DNA from: Streptosporangiaceae bacterium
Lineage (GTDB): Bacteria; Actinomycetota; Actinomycetes; Streptosporangiales; Streptosporangiaceae
NCBI GenBank assembly: GCA_036005525.1
Contig: DASYQM010000003.1
Span: 4,858-68,857, forward strand
Direction: 5' to 3'
DNA: 64,000 nt
In this document: one piece after another, positions 27,018-35,615 of the stretch
Numbering within the stretch: the first letter of the stretch is position 1
Layout: the number at the start of each line of letters is the position of its first letter
Notes under the pieces: generated by a model
The model's database searches: none
The model's input: the letters and a program-made list of their open reading frames with translations, nothing else
Told to the model about the DNA's origin: nothing
Made by a program: the position numbers and the translations under genes

Positions 27018-28433
27018 TCAGGTGGCCCCGAGCGCTGCGCCGAGGTTCTGGTAGGCCGAGTTGAACTGATCCACCGTCGGCACGACCGTGTTCGAGTCGA
27101 TCTTCCGGTATTGGGCCGCCGAGGTGGCCGTCCCCAGCTGCTGGAAGGCCGACTGAACCTGACCGGTGACGGCCGCCAGCCGGTCGGCAGCGGCGGCCGC
27201 GGACGCCGGCATCGGCGTCGACCTGACCGCGCTCGCAAACGCGCCGAAGTCCTGGGCAGCCTGCTCGTCGAGCTTGGTCACGCAGCTCAGCACGGCAGAC
27301 TGGCTCTGGCACGCCGTTATCTGCTGCGACAGGCCACTGAGCTGCCTGGAGAGCTTCGCGTGCGCCGCGGAGATGCCGTTGATGGCGTCCACCCGCGTTG
27401 CGTTGGTCGCCGCATGGGACGCGGCGACCACACCGACGGAGATGTACCCGATCAGAACGACGGAGCCGAGGACGATGAACAGGCCGACCAGCTGCCTGGC
27501 CCCGCTGGACAGCACGAGGCGCCACGCCCGCGGATCCGCGGGCCAGCTCGCCGCCGCCGTGGCCTCGCGGTGGGCGGCGTCCGGCGGTCCGTATCCCGGC
27601 TGTACGGCTTCTCCCGGCTGTCCGTATCCCGGCTGCCCGTATCCCGGCTGTGCGGCGTATCCCGGCTCTACTGCTTCTCCCGGCTGCGCGGCTGGCGGCT
27701 GCGCCGCGTCCGGCTGTGCGGCAGCCGGCCGTGCGGCGCCAGGCTGCGCGGGCTCGGCGCCGGGTGGCGCGGCCACCGGGCCCGCGACTGCCGCGGCCGC
27801 ATCCGCATCCGCCGGGTCGCCGAACAGCCCGCCCGGGTAGGTGCCGCTCATCAGGTAGAAGTAGCCGTAGAACCGGGCGCCGAACCTGACGACGGCGGCG
27901 ACCGCCTGGTACGCCGGCCCCGGCATCGTCCCCGTGATCAGCACGATGAGCCAGATGACGAGCCCGGCGAGAAGGGCGCCGGACCAGAGAATGCCGACCA
28001 GGATCGCGACCGGGAACGCCAGGATGATCCGGAACAAGACGGCGAGCCGGTTCAGCCGGCCGGGGGCCGCGGACACCCGCACCGGGTAGTCCGCGTCGGC
28101 CAGGGTGAACGGCGGGTAGTGGTCCGTGAGCAGCCCCACGTAGGCGAAAACCCGGGTCGACCAGCGAAGCCAGCCGACCAGGAAGTCAGCCAGGCCATCG
28201 GGCAGCCGGCCGGTGAACAGGGCGGCGAACCAGCAGATGACCGCCACGATCTCAACGGCGATACCGAGCGCGTAGAGCACGATGTAGTGCGGAATCACCA
28301 GCAGCAGGCGGAACAGCACGGTGACCCGCCGCTGCCGCCCGGGGCCGGCGAAGGCCGTCAGGATCTCATCGCCCGTCCGGAGGACTGGCGCCGCGGGCGG
28401 GGATACCCCGGCCCCCAGCGATACTTCAGCCAC
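27018..28433 (-). CDS. DUF4389-like membrane protein with Pro/Gly/Tyr/Gln repeat linker and C-terminal extracytoplasmic domain
   Basis: GTG 28433 (RBS aagggag) gives VAEVSLGAG...RRVTVLFRLLLVIPHYIVLYALGIAVEIVAVICWFAALFTGRLP (DUF4389 signature). It is followed by the QPGYGQPGYGQPGEAVQPGYG repeats, one more TM and an Ala/Gln-rich domain. The upstream part of track ORF 27018..29438 is spurious. Confidence 0.8.
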   Translation of the reverse strand: MAEVSLGAGVSPPAAPVLRTGDEILTAFAGPGRQRRVTVLFRLLLVIPHYIVLYALGIAVEIVAVICWFAALFTGRLPDGLADFLVGWLRWSTRVFAYVGLLTDHYPPFTLADADYPVRVSAAPGRLNRLAVLFRIILAFPVAILVGILWSGALLAGLVIWLIVLITGTMPGPAYQAVAAVVRFGARFYGYFYLMSGTYPGGLFGDPADADAAAAVAGPVAAPPGAEPAQPGAARPAAAQPDAAQPPAAQPGEAVEPGYAAQPGYGQPGYGQPGEAVQPGYGPPDAAHREATAAASWPADPRAWRLVLSSGARQLVGLFIVLGSVVLIGYISVGVVAASHAATNATRVDAINGISAAHAKLSRQLSGLSQQITACQSQSAVLSCVTKLDEQAAQDFGAFASAVRSTPMPASAAAAADRLAAVTGQVQSAFQQLGTATSAAQYRKIDSNTVVPTVDQFNSAYQNLGAALGAT

Positions 28434-28516
28434 TTTGCCGCTCCCTTTTTGACCGGAACCATAGCGGCTGTTGGGAGAAGCGTGGGGCCATCTGTCCGAA
28501 ATGCCGGGCCCAAGGG

Positions 28517-29362
28517 TCAGGGGCTGCGGGCGCCCCGCTTCTCGGTGCTGCTCCCGCCGCCGGGCCCGTCGGTCATCCCATCCTCGGGCGCTGGCGTGGT
28601 CCCACCGGGCCGGGGGGCCGTCCCGGCAGCGGGCACGGCCGCGGCCGTCGCCCGCCCGCCCTTGGCCGGGAGCTTGCGACCGGCCCGCGTCCGGCTCTTG
28701 GCCCGCTGCGCGTACTCGTCCACGTACTCCTGGCCCGCCAGCTCCATCAGCGCATACATGATCTCGTCGGTCACCGCCCGCAGGACCATGTGGTCCGACG
28801 CCAGGCCGGAGTAGCGGGAGAAATCGAGCGGTTTGCCGAACCGGACACCGGGCCGGATCCGCAGCCGCGGCCAGAGCCTGCCGGGCGGCATGAAGTCGAA
28901 CGTCCCCACCATGGCGGTGGGGATCACCGGTGCGCCGGACTCCAGGGCGAGCCTGGCCACCCCGGTCTTCCCCCGGTACAGCCGCCCGTCGGGGCTCCGG
29001 GTGCCCTCCGGGTAGATGCCGAGGAGCCGCCCCCCGGCCAGCACGCGCAGACCGGTCGCCAGGGCCCGCTCGCTGGCCTCCCCCCCGGTCCGGTCCATCG
29101 GAATCTGCCCGACCCCGCGGAAGAACGCCTTGCTGACCAGGCCTTTCAGGCCCCGGCCGGTGAAGTATTCCGCCTTGGCGAGGAACGTCACCTTCCGCGG
29201 GAGCGGCAGCGGCCCGAAGAAGTGGTCGGCGAACGACAGGTGGTTGCTGGCCAGGATGGCCGGGCCCTCGCGCGGCACGTTCCCGGTCCCCTCCGCCCAC
29301 GGCCGGAACAGTGCGAGGAACGGGCCGAGTATGGCCTTCACCACCCAGTAGAACACGCTCAC
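28517..29362 (-). CDS. 1-acyl-sn-glycerol-3-phosphate acyltransferase family (PlsC-like)
   Basis: ILASNHLSFADHFF (HX4D), FLAKAEYF, IYPEGTRSPDG and VIPTAM. Confidence 0.9.
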   Translation of the reverse strand: MSVFYWVVKAILGPFLALFRPWAEGTGNVPREGPAILASNHLSFADHFFGPLPLPRKVTFLAKAEYFTGRGLKGLVSKAFFRGVGQIPMDRTGGEASERALATGLRVLAGGRLLGIYPEGTRSPDGRLYRGKTGVARLALESGAPVIPTAMVGTFDFMPPGRLWPRLRIRPGVRFGKPLDFSRYSGLASDHMVLRAVTDEIMYALMELAGQEYVDEYAQRAKSRTRAGRKLPAKGGRATAAAVPAAGTAPRPGGTTPAPEDGMTDGPGGGSSTEKRGARSP

Positions 29363-29509
29363 ATCGTCGCACGTGATCGGCGGGAAAGAGGTCCCAGCGT
29401 CCGGAGATCCATCGCGATCGGTCTACGTCCCGTGGCAAGGGTGCGCGCCGCCCGGCGGCATGCGACTATTCCAGCAGAACGTAAGCATGCGCGGGAGACG
29501 GCGGTGAGC

Positions 29510-30298
29510 ATGCCTGTGATGCCGGGCGCGGAGCCCTTCTTCCACTCCGGCGGCAGCACCGCGGTCCTGCTCTGCCACGGGTTCACCGGCAATCCATCAT
29601 CGCTGCGGCCGTGGGCGGACTATCTTGCGGCAGCGGGACTGACCGTATCCCTGCCCCGGCTGCCCGGGCACGGCACCACCTGGCAGGAGATGGCCGGCAC
29701 CCGCTGGGAGGACTGGTACGCGGAGATCGACCGCGCCTACGAGGAACTGCGCGGGCGGACGGGCGAAATCTTCGCCATGGGCCTGTCGATGGGTGCCACC
29801 CTCGCGCTCCGGCTGGCCGAACGGCGCGGAGACGGGGTGGCCGGGCTGGTGCTCGTCAATCCCACGCTGACCCCTGACGGCGTGCTTGCCCGGCTGGCGC
29901 CCGTGTTCGGCTACGTCGTGCCGTCGATCAAGGGGATCGGGAGCGACATCAAGAAGGACGGAGCGCGCGAACTCGCCTACGACCGGATACCGGGACGGGC
30001 GGCCGCCTCCCTGGCGGGGCTGTGGAAGGTCACCAGGCAGCGGCTTGGTGAGGTGACCCAGCCGGTGCTGGTGTACCGCTCCACCGACGACCACGTGGTG
30101 GGGCCGGCCAGCCTGCGGATCCTGCGGGCCGCCCTGCCCGAGACACAGCTGACCGTCCGCGAGGTTGGGAATAGCTACCACGTGGCAACGCTGGACAATG
30201 ACGCGGACCAGATTTTCGCGGGCAGCCTGGAGTTCGTCCGTTCCCACAGCCGCGCCGGGCGGGATGGAGAGGGGGTGGGCAGGAGCGATGGCAGATGA
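29510..30298 (+). CDS. alpha/beta hydrolase (carboxylesterase / monoacylglycerol-lipase-like)
   Basis: MPVMPGAEPFFHSGGSTAVLLCHGFTGNPSSLRPWA...FAMGLSMGATLAL (GxSxG)...DDHVV...SYHVATLD. The start is ATG 29510 or GTG 29504. Confidence 0.88.
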   Translation: MPVMPGAEPFFHSGGSTAVLLCHGFTGNPSSLRPWADYLAAAGLTVSLPRLPGHGTTWQEMAGTRWEDWYAEIDRAYEELRGRTGEIFAMGLSMGATLALRLAERRGDGVAGLVLVNPTLTPDGVLARLAPVFGYVVPSIKGIGSDIKKDGARELAYDRIPGRAAASLAGLWKVTRQRLGEVTQPVLVYRSTDDHVVGPASLRILRAALPETQLTVREVGNSYHVATLDNDADQIFAGSLEFVRSHSRAGRDGEGVGRSDGR

Positions 30299-30767
30299 GG
30301 CCAGCGACGACGAGGCAGCCTGGCGGGACTTGGTCGCCCAGTACAGCGTTCCTGCGGCGGCCGAGGGCGGCCCGCCCTGGCCGGCGCGGGAGGACCCCGA
30401 TGCGGCGCAGGCGCCTGCGCAGGAATGGGCCGATCCCGTTCCGGGCGTGATTCCCACTCCGCCCCAGGCCCGCATCGTCCGCCCAGCGGTCCCGGCCCCG
30501 CTGCCGTCTGCCGGTGATGACGAGCATTACGTTCCGCCGGACCCGCCGCCGCTGCCCCCGCTGGACCCGGTAACCAAGGGAGCCTGGGCGGCGCTGTTCG
30601 GCGGCCCGGGGTATTTGCTGCTCGCTGTCCTGCTGGGCTGGGTGGTGCCGAGCTGGGCCGCGTTCTGCGCGGTAGCAGCGTTCGTCGGTGGCTTTGCGAC
30701 GCTCGTGGTCCGGATGGCCGACCGGCCACCAGGTGATTCCGGCCCTGACGACGGGGCCGTGCTGTAG
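30288..30767 (+). CDS. conserved actinobacterial membrane protein (acidic/Pro-rich N-terminus, two C-terminal TM helices)
   Basis: MADEASDDEAAWRDLVAQYS...PPDPPPLPPLDPVTKGAWAALFGGPGYLLLAVLLGWVVPSWAAFCAVAAFVGGFATLVV. ATG 30288 follows aggag and overlaps the hydrolase stop by 11 nt. Confidence 0.7.
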   Translation: MADEASDDEAAWRDLVAQYSVPAAAEGGPPWPAREDPDAAQAPAQEWADPVPGVIPTPPQARIVRPAVPAPLPSAGDDEHYVPPDPPPLPPLDPVTKGAWAALFGGPGYLLLAVLLGWVVPSWAAFCAVAAFVGGFATLVVRMADRPPGDSGPDDGAVL

Positions 30768-30772
30768 GGACG

Positions 30773-31741
30773 TCAGCCGTCTCCGGCCGGTGCCTGGCCG
30801 GTGTTCCGGGCGAGGTCGGCGGCGCCCACGATCCCCGCGTCGGCGCCGAGCTCGGCAAGCTTGATCTCCGCCGCGTGCCGGTACGAGCCCCCGGTCAGCG
30901 CCTTCTCGAAGGCCGCCCGGGCCGGGCCGAGCAGCAGCTCCCCAGCGTCGGACACACCGCCGCCGATGACGAAGCAGCCCGGATCGAGGATGGCCGCCAG
31001 ATCGGCCAGTCCCTGACCCAGCCAGCCGCCGACGGTCCCGAAACACCGCGCCGCCACCGGGTCGCCCTCCCGCGCGGCCTGGGTGACCTGTGAGCCGGTG
31101 ATGCCCTCCACGCTTCCCCCGGCGAGCTTGAGCAGCCGCGCCGCCGCCCCGGGCGAACGCCGGGCGAATTCGCGGGCTTCGGCCGCCAGGGCACTGCCGC
31201 TCGCGTACTGCTCCCAGCAGCCGTGGTTGCCGCATCCGCACAACCGGCCGTCGGGTACCACCCGGTAGTGGCCCGGCTCGCCGGCCATCCCCCACTGGCC
31301 GCGGTAGAGCCCGCCGTCCAGCACGATGCCGGCCCCGATGCCGGTGCCGACCGAGACGAAGACGACGTGCGCGTGCCCGCGCGCCGCGCCGAACCGCACC
31401 TCCGCCCAGGCGCTGGCGGTCGCGTCGTTTTCCACCACGACCGGCAGCCCGATGACCTCCTGGATCCGCAGGCGAAGCGGCTCCTCGCGCCAGGCCAGGT
31501 TGGGCGCGAACCGCACGCTGGCGCCGGCCTCGTCGATGAACCCGGCCGCACCCAGGCCAACGGCCCGCACCTGGTGGCGGCCCAGCAGCTCGGTGACGGT
31601 CTCGGCGATCACCTGTTCGGTGCGCGCCGGGCTGGATGAGGGGGTAGCCCGCCGGACCTTCTCAACGATCTTCCCATGCTCGTCGACAACCCCGGCGGCG
31701 ACTTTGGTCCCCCCGACATCAACCCCGATCGTCAGGCTCAT
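30773..31741 (-). CDS. glk: ROK-family glucokinase
   Basis: MSLTIGVDVGGTKVAAGVVDEHG...VVVENDATASAWAE...VSVGTGIGAGIV...GMAGEPGH...CGCGNHGCWEQYASG (ROK zinc motif). Confidence 0.9.
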   Translation of the reverse strand: MSLTIGVDVGGTKVAAGVVDEHGKIVEKVRRATPSSSPARTEQVIAETVTELLGRHQVRAVGLGAAGFIDEAGASVRFAPNLAWREEPLRLRIQEVIGLPVVVENDATASAWAEVRFGAARGHAHVVFVSVGTGIGAGIVLDGGLYRGQWGMAGEPGHYRVVPDGRLCGCGNHGCWEQYASGSALAAEAREFARRSPGAAARLLKLAGGSVEGITGSQVTQAAREGDPVAARCFGTVGGWLGQGLADLAAILDPGCFVIGGGVSDAGELLLGPARAAFEKALTGGSYRHAAEIKLAELGADAGIVGAADLARNTGQAPAGDG

Positions 31742-32210
31742 GCGGCGGCCCCTCCGGGGGGCCCGCCGATTCGGGCTCCGCCTCCGGGTCCTGCGCCGTC
31801 CCATCCGCCGCATCCGCCCATACCGTGCCGGACGGTCCCTGCCCGGGCTCGGTGGCGGCCGACCTGGCCGCCCTTCCGGTGGCGGCCAGAGCCGCCTCGA
31901 AGACGGACATCGTGTCCTGGGCGAGCGCCGTCACAACGTCGCCGACGGCCGCCATCTGCGACGTCACCCCCGGTCCCGATTCCCTGAGCACGCGGGCCGC
32001 CCGGCATACCGGGCACCACGCGCACTCGGGAGCCTCATCGGTGGGCATGGTGGCCGTTTCCCATACATCGGCGGACCGCCCGCGGTACCCGATCATCGAG
32101 CGGAGCTGCCCGCCGACCTCCCGGCTCACGCTGCGCGCGCCCGAGCGGACGAGCCACCGCTGGAAATCGCCGATCGGGTCCTGGCCGGATCGGCCCGGCT
32201 GCTGTGTCAC
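31719..32210 (-). CDS. conserved hypothetical protein with CxWCPVC motif (DUF5304-like)
   Basis: MTQQPGRSGQDPIGDFQRWL...EAPECAWCPVCRAARVLRESGPGV... followed by an acidic Pro-rich tail. It has 4-nt start/stop overlap with the upstream SRPBCC gene and a 23-nt overlap with glk. Confidence 0.7.
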   Translation of the reverse strand: MTQQPGRSGQDPIGDFQRWLVRSGARSVSREVGGQLRSMIGYRGRSADVWETATMPTDEAPECAWCPVCRAARVLRESGPGVTSQMAAVGDVVTALAQDTMSVFEAALAATGRAARSAATEPGQGPSGTVWADAADGTAQDPEAEPESAGPPEGPPHEPDDRG

Positions 32211-32659
32211 GTCCTGTCTCCTCTCCCGGCCTCGGCCCGGTCCCTGAGCCCCTTCAGCGCGGTGTCGATGATGGTCCGCTCCGCTCTGCGCTTCAGCATT
32301 CCCGGCATCGGGATCCGGACATCCACCGCGAGGTCGTAGGTCACCTCTGTGCCTCCATCAGCGTCAGCCAGAACGTATCCACCGCTGAGGGCGGTGATGA
32401 CCGATCCGGGCTCGGCGAGATCCCACCGCACCCCGGCGTCGCCGTCCCAATCGTAAGAGAGAACGTAGCTGTCCTTGACCACCCCGGCGTCCAGCCCGAA
32501 CCGCACCCGGCTGGCCCGGCCGTCACCGCCGCGGCCAAGGACCTCGGCCGACCGCACGGCCGAAGCCCATTCCGGGTAGGAGGCGAAGTCGGCGATCACC
32601 GACATGACATCCGCCCTGGGCGCGGCGACGGTGATGCTGGAGGTCGTCCGGTCGGCCAT
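32207..32659 (-). CDS. SRPBCC-family protein (polyketide cyclase/dehydrase-like, TB16.3-like)
   Basis: ITVAAPRADVMSVIADFASYPEWASAV...SYDWD...GGYVLAD...GTEVTYDLAVDV. The position relative to the fadD15-like gene matches Rv2185c. Confidence 0.85.
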   Translation of the reverse strand: MADRTTSSITVAAPRADVMSVIADFASYPEWASAVRSAEVLGRGGDGRASRVRFGLDAGVVKDSYVLSYDWDGDAGVRWDLAEPGSVITALSGGYVLADADGGTEVTYDLAVDVRIPMPGMLKRRAERTIIDTALKGLRDRAEAGRGDRT

Positions 32660-32674
32660 GCTCGGAGCGTACCG

Positions 32675-33442
32675 CTACCACTCCAGCACATAGGGCTCCC
32701 CGGTGGCGCGGAAGTGGCCCACGTTGATGCATTCGGTGCGCCCGATCCGGACCCGGCGGGCCAGCGGCTGGTGCACGTGGCCGAACAGCACATAGCGGGG
32801 CTGGGTCCGCCTGACCTGCCGGAGCAGCGCCTCACTCCCCCGCTCCACCCTCCGGGCAACCGCGTCGTACAGCAGCTGGGGAACGGCCGGCGGGATGTGA
32901 GAGCACAGCACGTCGACCGCCCCGACCGCCGCTACCTTGGCCGCGTACGCGTCATCGTCGATCTCGTTGGGCGTCCGGTAGGGCGAGTGCAGCCCGCCGC
33001 CCACGAACCCGAACGTCCAGCCCCCGAGCTCTATCCGCTCCCCGTCGAGCACGTGGTGCCCGGGACGCAGGTGCTCGCCCCACAGCTGGGGGATGTCCAC
33101 GTTGCCGTAGGTCAGGTAGGCAGGTTGGGGCAGCGCGGCGAACAGCTCCGCGTACTGGCGGGAGGCGGCATCCCGGATGTGCCGGGCGGGATCGCCGCCG
33201 AGCTGCCGCCAGAGCCCGGCGGACAGGGCCCGCGCCTCGTCGAACCTTTTCGCCGTCCGCAGCGCGACGAACTGCCGCGCCGCATCGGCGCCGAACAGGT
33301 CCGCGAAGATCCCCTGCCCGTGGTCCGCATAATCCACGAACAGCAGCAGATCCCCGAGGCACAGCAGCGCGTCCGCGCCCACCGCCGCGCGGCGCAGCGG
33401 GCCGGCCGCCCCGTGCACGTCGCTCACCACGTGAACCCGCAT
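32675..33442 (-). CDS. metallophosphoesterase
   Basis: MRVHVVSDVHG...LLCLGDLL...YGNVD...GGGLHSP...CSHIPP...LFGHVH. Confidence 0.88.
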   Translation of the reverse strand: MRVHVVSDVHGAAGPLRRAAVGADALLCLGDLLLFVDYADHGQGIFADLFGADAARQFVALRTAKRFDEARALSAGLWRQLGGDPARHIRDAASRQYAELFAALPQPAYLTYGNVDIPQLWGEHLRPGHHVLDGERIELGGWTFGFVGGGLHSPYRTPNEIDDDAYAAKVAAVGAVDVLCSHIPPAVPQLLYDAVARRVERGSEALLRQVRRTQPRYVLFGHVHQPLARRVRIGRTECINVGHFRATGEPYVLEW

Positions 33443-33506
33443 GCCGACACATTAGGGCGTGTCTCGCCGGTCTCCCGCGGCGTGCTCGAAGTCGGCGTGC
33501 GGTGGG

Positions 33507-33597
33507 GCGGGTCATCCGCGCCCGGATGGCAAGGCGCGAGAACGCCGCCAGGCGGGATGCGGGGACACGCGAGCCCAGCAGTCCTGTTGCCGGGGCC
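33507..33597. repeat. 91-nt structured dispersed repeat, copy 2
   Basis: Near-identical to 24319-24409. It lies in the divergent promoter region between the metallophosphoesterase gene (start 33442, minus) and the fatty-acid CoA ligase gene (start 33677, plus). Confidence 0.9.
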
Positions 33598-33676
33598 CCT
33601 AAGCTAAAGAGGCAGGTTCCGGGCCCGGCCGCAGGATGGCCCTGCCAGTCGGCGCGGGCCGGCGCAAGGAGGCCCC

Positions 33677-35584
33677 ATGCGCGAGTACAGCACCCCGGCC
33701 GTCGTTGAGGTGCCGGCTTCCGCGCGCCTGACCGACACCGTCTTCGAGCGGGCCGAGCGCGACCCCGGGCTGGTGGTCCTGCGGCGCAAGACGAGCCCGG
33801 CGTCCTCCCGGACCAGGCACGGGGACCGGGAGACGGCGTGGCGGGACGTCACGGCACGCGAGTTCCTCGACGAGGTCGCCGCGCTCGCCAAGGGGTTCAT
33901 GGCGGCCGGCATCGGCGAGGGCGACCGGGTCGGCATCATGTCGCGCACGCGCTACGAGTGGACCGTGCTCGACTACGCGCTCTGGGCCGCCGGCGCGGTC
34001 CCGGTGCCGGTGTACGAAACCTCCTCCGCCGAGCAGGTGGAATGGATCCTGAGCGACTCGGGCGCGCGTGCCGTCGTGGTCGAGACCCGGGCGCACCTGG
34101 AGCTGGTCACCGAGGTGCTGCGCCGGCTGCCCGACGTGCGGCGGGTGTGGGTGATCGACGCCAGCCCGCCGACGGCCGCCGGCGGCCCGGGCGGGCTCGC
34201 CTCCCCGGTCGCTGCCCAGTCGCTCGATGCGCTGGTGGCCGAGGGTGCTGGGGTCGGCGAGGCCGACCTCACCCAGCGCCGGACGTCGGCCGGGGCGGGC
34301 GATTTCGCCACGATCATCTACACCTCGGGTACCACCGGCCGGCCGAAGGGGTGCGAGATCACCCACGGCAACCTGCTCGCCAACGCGCGTAACGCGGTCC
34401 GCGGGCCGCTGTCGGTGATCTTCGATACGCCCGGTGCGTCGACCCTGCTCTTCCTTCCCCTCGCGCATTCGTTCGCGCGCCTCATCGAGGTCGCCGTCGT
34501 GGAGGCCGGCGGCGTGCTCGGCCACACCTCCGACGTGGCCTACCTGCTGCCGGAGCTTGCCACGTTCCAGCCCACGTTCCTGCTCGCCGTGCCCAGGGTG
34601 TTCGAGAAGGTCTACAACGGTGCGGAGCAGCAGGCGTCGGAAAGCGGGATCAGGGGCGCGATCTTCCATGCGGCGGCGCGGACGGCGATCGCCTGGAGCA
34701 GCGCGTTCGGCACTCACGACACTTCCTCGGCCGACGGGCCGGGCCCCGCGCTGCGGCTACGGCACGCCGTCTTCGACCGCCTGGTCTACCGCAAGCTCCG
34801 CGCCGCGGTCGGCGGGCGGGTGGGGCACTCGGTCTCCGGCGGTGCGGCGCTCGGGGACCGGCTCAGCCATTTCTTCCGCGGCGCCGGGATCACCATCGTC
34901 GAGGGATACGGCCTCACCGAGACCACCGCCGCCTCCACGGTGAACCGCCCCAGCCGCAACAAGATCGGAACCGTCGGCCAGCCGCTGCCGGGCGTGTCCG
35001 TGCGGATCGCCGAGGACGGGGAGATCCTCCTCTCCGGGCACAACCGGTTCGTCGGTTACTGGCACAACGACGCCGCGACATCCGAGGCGCTGACCCCCGA
35101 CGGCTGGCTGCGCACCGGCGACATTGGTGAGCTCGACGACGAGGGCTACCTGCGGGTGACCGGCCGGAAGAAGGAACTGATCGTGACCGCGGGCGGCAAG
35201 AACGTCTCGCCCGCCGTGCTCGAGGACCGGATCCGCGCCCACCTGCTGGTCAGCCAGTGCCTGGTGGTGGGGGACGGCCGGCCCTACGTGGCCTGCCTGA
35301 TCACCCTGGATCCGGAGGCGGTCCGCACGTGGCTGGCCCGCCGCAACCGCCCCGCTGACACCAGCCTCGCCAGCCTGGCCGACGACCCGGATCTGATCGC
35401 CGAGCTCCAGACCGCGGTCGACGACGCCAACAAGGCCGTATCCAGGGCCGAGTCCATCAGGCGGTTCCGCGTGCTCGCCACCGACTTCACCGAGGAGGCC
35501 GGATACCTGACGCCGTCGCTCAAGCTGCGCCGCAGCATGGTCACGAAGGATTTCGCGGATGAGATCGAGGCGCTCTACTCCTGA
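33677..35584 (+). CDS. long-chain fatty-acid-CoA ligase (FadD15-like)
   Basis: IIYTSGTTGRPKGCEITHGNL, EGYGLTET, WLRTGDIG and VTGRKKELIVTAGGKNVSP. ATG 33677 follows aaggagg. The synteny matches Rv2187. Confidence 0.92.
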   Translation: MREYSTPAVVEVPASARLTDTVFERAERDPGLVVLRRKTSPASSRTRHGDRETAWRDVTAREFLDEVAALAKGFMAAGIGEGDRVGIMSRTRYEWTVLDYALWAAGAVPVPVYETSSAEQVEWILSDSGARAVVVETRAHLELVTEVLRRLPDVRRVWVIDASPPTAAGGPGGLASPVAAQSLDALVAEGAGVGEADLTQRRTSAGAGDFATIIYTSGTTGRPKGCEITHGNLLANARNAVRGPLSVIFDTPGASTLLFLPLAHSFARLIEVAVVEAGGVLGHTSDVAYLLPELATFQPTFLLAVPRVFEKVYNGAEQQASESGIRGAIFHAAARTAIAWSSAFGTHDTSSADGPGPALRLRHAVFDRLVYRKLRAAVGGRVGHSVSGGAALGDRLSHFFRGAGITIVEGYGLTETTAASTVNRPSRNKIGTVGQPLPGVSVRIAEDGEILLSGHNRFVGYWHNDAATSEALTPDGWLRTGDIGELDDEGYLRVTGRKKELIVTAGGKNVSPAVLEDRIRAHLLVSQCLVVGDGRPYVACLITLDPEAVRTWLARRNRPADTSLASLADDPDLIAELQTAVDDANKAVSRAESIRRFRVLATDFTEEAGYLTPSLKLRRSMVTKDFADEIEALYS

Positions 35585-35615
35585 CTGACCAGGGGCGCCG
35601 GCGACGGAGCGCCGC

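Noticed and set aside
28434-29438. N-terminal 335 aa of track ORF 27018..29438 (-)
   Set aside because: This part overlaps the PlsC-like gene in another frame and looks non-coding (R/G/P-rich). A GTG with a good RBS at 28433 starts the DUF4389-like protein proper.
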